Below, one piece after another: positions 26,050 to 32,000 of a stretch of DNA of 32,000 nucleotides; positions within the stretch are counted from its first letter, which is position 1, and the number at the start of each line of letters is the position of its first letter. The stretch lies in the NCBI GenBank assembly GCA_001897305.1, contig MKSO01000001.1, positions 600,001 through 632,000 of the forward strand. The letters are read 5' to 3'. The translations under genes were made by a program, and so were the position numbers. The DNA is from Candidatus Saccharimonadota bacterium (GTDB taxonomy: Bacteria; Patescibacteriota; Saccharimonadia; Saccharimonadales; Saccharimonadaceae). The notes below the pieces were generated by a model that worked only from the letters and a program-made list of their open reading frames with translations, had not been told where the DNA came from and did not search any database.

Positions 26050-26058
26050 TGGTATACT
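26050..26058 (+). promoter_or_regulatory. extended -10 (TGgTATACT) for the aquaporin gene (leadered)
   Basis: TTTACA (26032-26037), a 15 nt spacer and TATACT. An AAGGAGGG SD at 26076-26083 precedes the ATG at 26090. Confidence 0.45.
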
Positions 26059-26089
26059 GAGGGCATGTTTACTATAAGGAGGGAAACAT

Positions 26090-26932
26090 ATGGCTACTAA
26101 GAAGGCCACTACTTCTACAAATAAGAAAGCTCCCGCAAAAGCTTCTGCAAAGACGTCTGCTGCGGTGACTAAAACGACCGTCAATACCGTCTCTGCTCCA
26201 GTGAAGAAGCAAACGCTTGGCGAACACGTTGATGGCTCTCTGCGCTCACCACGCCTTTGGCGCGCACTAGCGGCTGAGTTTATCGGCACATTCCTATTGG
26301 CTTCGATTTTCGTCGCAGGCCAGGGTCAACCAATTTTCGTACTATTTGGTTTGGCTGGTATTGTACTATTAATTGGCGCCATTTCTGGTGGTCATATTAA
26401 CCCAGCAGTAACTGTTGCCGCTTGGGTAACTCGCCGTATTGGCTGGCTTCGTGCGCTAGGGTACATCTTTGTACAGTTCCTTGGTGCTGCAGTTGCCTAC
26501 TTTGCACTTCACGCCTTCTTGGGCGGTGCAACCCAACCTACAGCCGAGCAACAAATGTACGGCTCAACCGCTGCAACGCTCTACCAAGCCGTTGATATCG
26601 CTAAGCTTACTGGTAAAGAATGGTTTGTATTCTTTGAAGAGCTTCTTGGTACGGCTATTCTTGGTTTTGCTATCGCTGCCGCAACCCGTACAACAGATAG
26701 CCTTACAAAGGCCTTCACCTCAGGTTTCGGTATCTTTATTGCGCTCATGACCGGGCTTACTATTGCTGGCTACGCTTCAGCAAGCAGTATCCTCAACCCT
26801 GCAGTCGCATTAACATTGCAAGCATATGCACCAACCGTATGGGCATACGCCGTTTACATTCTTGCACCAGTTATTGGTGCCGTACTCGGTTTCATTATCT
26901 ACGACCTCGTTCGTGGTAAGAATAACGCCTAA
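26090..26932 (+). CDS. MIP-family channel (aquaporin/glycerol facilitator) with a Lys/Ala/Thr-rich N-terminal tail
   Basis: 280 aa with two NPA boxes (GGHINPAVT and SILNPAVAL) and six hydrophobic spans. The first ~45 aa are low complexity (KKATTSTNKKAPAKASAKTSAAVTKTT). Confidence 0.9.
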   Translation: MATKKATTSTNKKAPAKASAKTSAAVTKTTVNTVSAPVKKQTLGEHVDGSLRSPRLWRALAAEFIGTFLLASIFVAGQGQPIFVLFGLAGIVLLIGAISGGHINPAVTVAAWVTRRIGWLRALGYIFVQFLGAAVAYFALHAFLGGATQPTAEQQMYGSTAATLYQAVDIAKLTGKEWFVFFEELLGTAILGFAIAAATRTTDSLTKAFTSGFGIFIALMTGLTIAGYASASSILNPAVALTLQAYAPTVWAYAVYILAPVIGAVLGFIIYDLVRGKNNA

Positions 26933-26945
26933 TAGGTTTTAGCCT

Positions 26946-26980
26946 AAAAAAATCCCGCCAGTACGAGGCGGGATTTTTTA
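26946..26980. terminator. bidirectional intrinsic terminator
   Basis: AAAAAA-ATCCCGCC-agtacga-GGCGGGAT-TTTTT (stem 26952-26959 / 26967-26974). It lies between the convergent aquaporin and minus-strand ORFs. Confidence 0.75.
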
Positions 26981-27423
26981 ATTGAGAAGTTCCCAGACAT
27001 AATAATTTGTCTTATCTTCTTGATCTTCTATATAGCCCTCGGGTTTAAAAACGGACGAGGGAATTGTCACTGCATACTTATAATGAAAATAGGTGGACTC
27101 TAGTCCAGGATATGTATCAGGAATATGAGTGTGCTGCTCTGTTTCAAGAAAATACACACCAGTTGGTTCAACCGTCACCGCCAACTCTTCAGCCAAAGCA
27201 CCCGCGCTTCACGATATATATTGCCCTTAGTATCAAAGGACATCTTAGATTCGCCACTCTGAATCTCTTTTAGTAAATGGCCAACGGTTTTTGCACCATC
27301 TATACCATATTTTTCAAGCGGTACACCGGCGGCAATCAAATGAAGTATAAGATCATCGATTTTGATACTCGGGTCAAGATCTATTCGCCCACCCCGATCT
27401 GTTTGTTTCTCGGGGTTGACCAT
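26978..27423 (-). pseudogene. hypothetical gene split into two overlapping frames (82-aa + 72-aa ORFs)
   Basis: ORF 27175..27423 ends at TGA 27177..27175. ORF 26978..27196 is in another frame, has only a TTG start and lacks an SD. The downstream frame opens right after TGA 27211..27209, so a single shift within 27178-27208 would give one protein of about 150 aa. The upstream ATG lies 2 nt after the rmuC stop. Confidence 0.4.
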
Positions 27424-27425
27424 AC

Positions 27426-28505
27426 TTAGCTATCCTCTTGTTGAGGTTTATCAATTAACAAAGGTTCAATGCTTTTGTTACCACCGGCAATTTTCGTTAC
27501 ATCTGTATCTACCTTGGCTAGCTCTTTGTGTGCATTATTATAGTGGCCTACGGTTGTACCAAGCGACTTACCAAGCTTTTCCATGTAGCTGTCAAAGCTC
27601 GCGATATGTCGCCCAAGCTTACCTACTTGAACCTGAATATCTTTAGCTTGCTCTTCTATTTGGAGGCTGCGAAGGCCTTGTAAGACGGTTTGTAAGTACG
27701 CCATGAAACTAGTTGGACTCACAATAACAACCTTCTTTTCACGAAAAGCGTATTCTATAAGGTCACGGGCACTTGAACCCGTTCCAACATCACCAATAAG
27801 CAAATCGTAATACAAAGACTCGCTAGGAATAAACATAAAAGCAAAGTCCATGGTGTGTTCAGCCGGACGAATATACTTGCTGGTTTCGTCAATTCGACCC
27901 TTTAAATCGCTGCGGACTTTTTTAAGCCACTCTTCTCGTTCGGACTTTGTTTGCGAAGCAACCATGCGGTTATAATTTTCAAGGCTAAACTTACTGTCAA
28001 CAGGAAGGAGCTGCCCCTTATCCAAAATAACCACCGCATCGGCAATTAATCCATCTTTAAATCCATGCTGCATTTTAAAGTTCTTAGTAGGTAAAATGTT
28101 TGCTAATACCGACTCTAGGTAGTATTCACCAAAGACACCCCGTTGTTTTGGATTTTGCAATACATTTTGAAGTGTCTTTAGTTCGTCCGCAACATCCACT
28201 ACCCGACGGTTAGTTTCGTCTAGTTTTGCCAAGCGTTGCGAGACATCGCCGACTAACTTCATACTTTCGGTAAGTTGCTTTTGCATCGAACCTTGCATGT
28301 TAGTAGCGTTACGCTCTAACTTATCGGTAAGTGTTGTTTGCAAGTTTGAAATCGTGCGATTCAACTCGGTAACATCAGCCTTTAATAACTCTACACCCGT
28401 ACTATTTGGCTTTTCACCTCGTGCACGTTGCATCAGTAAGAACACAACCGCCCCGCCCAGAGCAGCTAAAACAACAAGAAGAATCACCACTAAGATCATT
28501 TCCAT
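27426..28505 (-). CDS. rmuC: DNA recombination protein RmuC
   Basis: 359 aa with an N-terminal TM helix, a long coiled coil and a C-terminal RmuC nuclease-like core (DAVVILDKGQLLPVDSKF, FAFMFIPSE). Confidence 0.9.
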   Translation of the reverse strand: MEMILVVILLVVLAALGGAVVFLLMQRARGEKPNSTGVELLKADVTELNRTISNLQTTLTDKLERNATNMQGSMQKQLTESMKLVGDVSQRLAKLDETNRRVVDVADELKTLQNVLQNPKQRGVFGEYYLESVLANILPTKNFKMQHGFKDGLIADAVVILDKGQLLPVDSKFSLENYNRMVASQTKSEREEWLKKVRSDLKGRIDETSKYIRPAEHTMDFAFMFIPSESLYYDLLIGDVGTGSSARDLIEYAFREKKVVIVSPTSFMAYLQTVLQGLRSLQIEEQAKDIQVQVGKLGRHIASFDSYMEKLGKSLGTTVGHYNNAHKELAKVDTDVTKIAGGNKSIEPLLIDKPQQEDS

Positions 28506-28511
28506 ACTTTT

Positions 28512-28520
28512 AGTATACCA
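28512..28520 (-). promoter_or_regulatory. extended -10 (TGgTATACT), 6 nt upstream of the rmuC ATG
   Basis: The minus strand reads aagTGgTATACTaaaagtATG with no SD. Confidence 0.5.
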
Positions 28521-28521
28521 C

Positions 28522-29004
28522 TTAGAGTAAGAGGATAAGGCGAATACCTACCACCAAAAAAGCGGCAACAAGTAGCGAATAAGCGACCGACCGTAGCTGT
28601 GCGACTAGGGCGAATAAGCCATAACTTACACCATACAGAACAACTGCCCACAATAACACAACCCACCACGAAAGCCCATCAGCGAGGGCTGCTAAATCCC
28701 ATAACAAAATAGCTGTTGCAACAGAGATAACAATTGGCCTCGGTTGGATATAGCGTACGAGTAAAACAGTACCAACGACAGCAACAACGACCGCTGCTAC
28801 ACTACCTGAAACACTAAAAGAATTAACACAAGCAGCTGCGCTTGTAAGATCACGACAAGCCGATGGTTCAACAATATAACGATTAAGCAATGAGGTAAGT
28901 ACCCACCATAGGACCCCCATACCAATGCCAATATAGGCTGCGTGTCCTTTCACCCACCACGGTTCAACAATAACATTAGGCGTGTTTTGGATGACTTTTG
29001 CCAC
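28522..29004 (-). CDS. polytopic membrane protein, hypothetical
   Basis: About 5 hydrophobic spans. The start is moved to the GTG at 29004, because AGGAGG lies 9 nt upstream. The longer ORF would overlap the PAP2 gene by 77 nt. I recognise no family. Confidence 0.55.
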   Translation of the reverse strand: MAKVIQNTPNVIVEPWWVKGHAAYIGIGMGVLWWVLTSLLNRYIVEPSACRDLTSAAACVNSFSVSGSVAAVVVAVVGTVLLVRYIQPRPIVISVATAILLWDLAALADGLSWWVVLLWAVVLYGVSYGLFALVAQLRSVAYSLLVAAFLVVGIRLILLL

Positions 29005-29485
29005 GGGTGCGTACCTCCTGCTTCCTTGGTACGTTACTGTACCATAAAGCACCTACCAGCGCAATGCTGACACCCCCTATGACATCGAGTGGGGTGTGGA
29101 CTTGCGCCAACACCCTTCCGATACACACCAACAAGGCTAGACATATTAAAACGATAGTCAGTTTTTTCATGCGCGTCTCGAACCAGACAGCACAGACAAG
29201 TACTGTTACGAATAGCGCATGATCCGATGGAAAGCCCGGGTTATTAAGATACAACGCACCAGGGTTAACACCAAGCAGCTCGAAGGGGCGCATAGTTGAT
29301 GGTTGGTAAATAACCGCCACAAATTTAGCTAACATATAGGCGGTAAGCCCCGCCATGAGCACACGGGAATACGCCTCAAACCGATGGCCCTTTGGCACTT
29401 TCCATAACAAAGCCCATGCTGCTAATAGGGCGATTGGAACGACAGCAAAATCTGCTATAAGACGAATCAAGAATTCGATAATCAT
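28976..29485 (-). CDS. PAP2-family phosphatase
   Basis: 169 aa membrane protein with PAP2 motifs PSDH (PSGH-type) and GRVLAQVHTPLDVIGG (SRx5Hx3D-type). Confidence 0.8.
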   Translation of the reverse strand: MIIEFLIRLIADFAVVPIALLAAWALLWKVPKGHRFEAYSRVLMAGLTAYMLAKFVAVIYQPSTMRPFELLGVNPGALYLNNPGFPSDHALFVTVLVCAVWFETRMKKLTIVLICLALLVCIGRVLAQVHTPLDVIGGVSIALVGALWYSNVPRKQEVRTRGKSHPKHA

Positions 29486-29493
29486 ATGCTTTT

Positions 29494-29499
29494 AGTATA
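29494..29499 (-). promoter_or_regulatory. -10 box TATACT, 8 nt upstream of the PAP2 ATG
   Basis: The minus strand reads ggcgTATACTaaaagcatATG with no SD. It shares TATACTAAAAG with the rmuC promoter. Confidence 0.45.
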
Positions 29500-29638
29500 C
29501 GCCTGGTAAGGCGAGTTCAGCAATTCAATATAGAAATACCCATACAAAGTTTCAATTTTAAATAATTGAGAAAAAATTTAATAACTATTTAAAAAGTTGA
29601 GCGTAAATTAGGGAGTATATACAGATAAAGAGGTGGGA

Positions 29639-30328
29639 ATGAAAATACTTGTTATTGAAGACAATCCGAGATTGGTGATCAAACTAAAGCAGCAGCTTTC
29701 ACGATGGTATACGACAGATACGGCCTCATCAGGCGATGAAGGCTTAAGACTAGCAATGACAACAACACCTGATATTGTCATTCTCGATCTTAACCTACCC
29801 GACATGAACGGATTACAGGTATGTGAGTCCTTAAGACAGTATTCGCTCGATATTCCAATTCTCATACTCACAGGCATAGACACAGTAGAAAGCACGGTCT
29901 CCCTTCTTGAAAGCGGTGCGGATGATTACCTTACCAAACCATTTGAAGTCGACGAACTGAGAGCCCGTATTAACGCTCTATCACGAAGACGATCGCGGCA
30001 CCATAATGAAAAATTTATACGCGTAGCTGACCTTACTATTGATCCAGGTCGTCGCACCGTGGAACGTAGCGGAGTCACTATTCCTCTGCGCCGCAAAGAA
30101 TATGACATCCTGGAATATCTTGCTACTCATCCTGGGAGGGTATTATCGAGACAAATGATTATCGATCACGCATGGGAGAATGGCAGGGCTAGTTGGGTAG
30201 GGTCGGTTGACGTACATATTAAACAGCTACGCGATAAGGTTGATCGGCCCTTTCGATACCCTCTAATTAAAACTTCTTACGGGGTTGGTTACATGATAGA
30301 TACATCAGCAAGCGACAATGCAAAATAG
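29639..30328 (+). CDS. OmpR-family response regulator
   Basis: REC domain (MKILVIEDN, phospho-acceptor context VILDLNLPDMNG, LTKPF) plus a winged-helix domain (LRRKEYDILEYL, YGVGY). The ATG at 29639 follows a GAGGTGG SD. The GTG at 29633 was rejected. Confidence 0.92.
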   Translation: MKILVIEDNPRLVIKLKQQLSRWYTTDTASSGDEGLRLAMTTTPDIVILDLNLPDMNGLQVCESLRQYSLDIPILILTGIDTVESTVSLLESGADDYLTKPFEVDELRARINALSRRRSRHHNEKFIRVADLTIDPGRRTVERSGVTIPLRRKEYDILEYLATHPGRVLSRQMIIDHAWENGRASWVGSVDVHIKQLRDKVDRPFRYPLIKTSYGVGYMIDTSASDNAK

Positions 30329-30337
30329 CCACATCAC

Positions 30338-31696
30338 ATGTATCGTACACTTTTCAAACACCCCTCTGTCCACTATGCTCCAGCCAATATCATTACGATC
30401 ATCCTCCACGGCACACTTGTTGCAATAATTATTATTGCGATCCTATCACTACTATATACGTTGGTCCAAGACATACCCATCGATAGGCGGCATATTCTTA
30501 TACTTTCGAGTGTTATGTATCTATTTTTAGTAGAGATTATGTGTCTATTTAATATGTTCCGGCTTGTTAGCTGGATGCTCGTAAGTTTTTACTCGATCAT
30601 GGCGGGTGTTGGGTTTATCCTATGGGGAACCAATGATGTAATGGGTATTCTATCCGCCTGCTTCGCAATTGTCTTATCTGGCGTAATCGTAGGAACATCA
30701 GTAATCTTTCCCGTCACCATTACGATAGCCTCTGTTTTGGTAATAAACTATTGTTTTCGATCAATTTCAATATCTCCATCACAGATAACTATTCATGACG
30801 TTGAAGGCTGGAACGTATTGCTTTACGCAACAGCCCTCCACTTACTCGCGCTTGTCACTTGGCTATCCTATACACAACTTGAACAAAGTGTTAATCGCGC
30901 GCAATTAGCCGAAGAAATAATACGACGCCAAAAAGCCTCAATAAAAATCGAGTTGATTAAAGAAACGGCACTCCTACGAAAGACCCAGATCGATCACCTT
31001 CACCAGTTGCACAAATTTGCCCTACTAGGTCAATCAGCAGCTGCGACGTTACATGAATTATCCAACCTACTCAGCATCTTAAATCTCGACATAAATGATC
31101 TACGACAACAATATACACATTCGCAGGCCATAAAAAATGCGACTACAAGCATCAAATCTATCAATAAGATGGTCATAAATGCGCGTCAGCAGTTAGATAC
31201 GTACGACACAAGCCTCTCTTTCGACGCTAGGAAGGCAGTTTATCAAATCACCAAAGACTTTAAGCAAAAGTTTCATCATAGAGGGATCAGTCTGACAATA
31301 CTGGATACTACACATCAACGCCTTTGCATACAGGGTTCATCTTTAGCTTTTATGCAGGTACTGACAATTTTATTACACAATGCGCTAGAGGCCTGCGCCC
31401 AAAATAGTAACGCAAACGTAACTATAAGAGTCGACCAAAATTCAGATTCCGCTCAAATATTACTAAGTGATAATGGACCTGGGGTTGAGCCTAACAAAGT
31501 GCCGACTTTATTCGCGCCAAAAATCAGCACCAAGCCAACAGGGCTAGGCGTAGGCCTCTACATTGCACATCATATTATTACAGATCACTTCAAGGGTACG
31601 ATTGATTTACTTGAAGCTAATCAAGGTGCGCATTTTTTAATACAATTACCTATCCGTACTAAGAAACCTGCTCAAATCAAGACGTCATCTCGCTAA
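30338..31696 (+). CDS. membrane-embedded sensor histidine kinase
   Basis: 452 aa with about 5-6 TM helices joined by short loops. It has an H-box (AAATLHELSNLL), an N-box (LLHNALEA) and G-boxes (DNGPGV, GLGVGLYIA). Confidence 0.88.
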   Translation: MYRTLFKHPSVHYAPANIITIILHGTLVAIIIIAILSLLYTLVQDIPIDRRHILILSSVMYLFLVEIMCLFNMFRLVSWMLVSFYSIMAGVGFILWGTNDVMGILSACFAIVLSGVIVGTSVIFPVTITIASVLVINYCFRSISISPSQITIHDVEGWNVLLYATALHLLALVTWLSYTQLEQSVNRAQLAEEIIRRQKASIKIELIKETALLRKTQIDHLHQLHKFALLGQSAAATLHELSNLLSILNLDINDLRQQYTHSQAIKNATTSIKSINKMVINARQQLDTYDTSLSFDARKAVYQITKDFKQKFHHRGISLTILDTTHQRLCIQGSSLAFMQVLTILLHNALEACAQNSNANVTIRVDQNSDSAQILLSDNGPGVEPNKVPTLFAPKISTKPTGLGVGLYIAHHIITDHFKGTIDLLEANQGAHFLIQLPIRTKKPAQIKTSSR

Positions 31697-32000
31697 TATA
31701 CGTCGTCAATCGCTTAGCATAATTACCCAGTATTTCATGGCCAGCATTTACCCGTATAAGCGAAATATTCGGCTTATCTTTCGCAAGTACAATTATATGC
31801 TTTCGAATCACCACCGGGTCAAACAAACCATAAAAAATAGTAATAGGCAATTTCAACCGCCCAACATCGGTCAGTGCCGTTTGGTTAATAATGCTCGATT
31901 CAAGCGCAGCCGTATATGAAGCGATTGTTGTGTCATTAATAGTGAGCGCCTTATTTGCTAGCCCTACTTTAACGGCCATTTGGGAAAAATACTGCAACTG
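31677..32000 (-). CDS. alpha/beta-hydrolase-fold protein, C-terminal part (truncated by the window edge)
   Basis: The frame is open to the window end. The C-terminal pattern (ITIFYGLFDPVV ... VNAGHEI) is typical of the Asp/His region of alpha/beta hydrolases. It overlaps the convergent kinase gene by 20 nt. Confidence 0.55.
   Translation of the reverse strand, partial: QLQYFSQMAVKVGLANKALTINDTTIASYTAALESSIINQTALTDVGRLKLPITIFYGLFDPVVIRKHIIVLAKDKPNISLIRVNAGHEILGNYAKRLTTYISEMTS

Noticed and set aside
26047-26289. An 80-aa minus-strand ORF overlapping the aquaporin 5' end, and a 93-aa plus-strand ORF at 26469-26750
   Set aside because: Both are out-of-frame or antisense shadows of the aquaporin gene, whose NPA motifs and SD fix the real frame.
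27178-27208. Programmed ribosomal frameshifting joining the 82-aa and 72-aa ORFs
   Set aside because: I see no canonical slippery heptamer and no obvious downstream stimulatory hairpin or pseudoknot. An indel or pseudogenisation is the simpler explanation.
29633-29638. A GTG start for the response regulator
   Set aside because: The GTG lies inside the SD-like GAGGTGGGA. The ATG at 29639 gives the canonical MKILVIEDN receiver N-terminus with correct SD spacing.
1-32000. CRISPR arrays, cas genes, restriction-modification, toxin-antitoxin pairs, retron/DGR reverse transcriptases, integrases, transposases, prophage genes, tRNA/rRNA genes
   Set aside because: I saw no direct-repeat/spacer periodicity, no terminal inverted repeats flanking cargo and no ORF with the corresponding motifs. 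The intergenic regions other than 16971-17430 are too short to hide RNA genes. The lone HEPN-like ORF has no MNT/antitoxin partner.

Overview
This window is a gene-dense, almost entirely housekeeping stretch of a small bacterial genome. Most genes sit on the minus strand, many with 1-4 nt start/stop overlaps. The gene set looks like a reduced CPR/Patescibacteria genome, probably Saccharibacteria/TM7-like; this is an inference from split transketolase, short Rel and many tiny membrane proteins, with no search run.

Gene content in order:
- a trio of small membrane/stress proteins;
- gatC-gatA-(inserted ORF)-gatB;
- an EEP-family nuclease/phosphatase;
- peptide deformylase, divergent from an ASCH(DUF3850)-Nudix fusion;
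- uvrB;
- a long sugar-phosphate operon: gap, rpiB, rpe-like, split transketolase, class II aldolase, two tandem PfkB kinases and a LOG-family protein;
- a ~400 nt non-coding, G+C-rich, hairpin-dense region;
- a short Rel (RSH) enzyme, ppa, a PLD-like protein, trxB, a membrane-anchored FKBP, and pheS-pheT;
- an aquaporin, rmuC, a PAP2 phosphatase, and an OmpR-type two-component pair.

I found no CRISPR array, cas genes, integrase/transposase, restriction-modification genes, toxin-antitoxin pair or other recognisable defence or mobile system, so I do not claim a new system here.

Things worth a second look:
1. an unclassified structured-RNA candidate at about 17026-17416;
2. a recurrent leaderless-type promoter/start layout at about a dozen transcription-unit heads;
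3. a membrane-anchored HEPN/DUF4145-like ORF translationally coupled between gatA and gatB;
4. the LOG + double-PfkB extension of the pentose-phosphate/glycolysis operon, including a PfkB with an unknown 162-aa N-terminal domain;
5. the ASCH-Nudix fusion;
6. a frame-disrupted gene downstream of rmuC.
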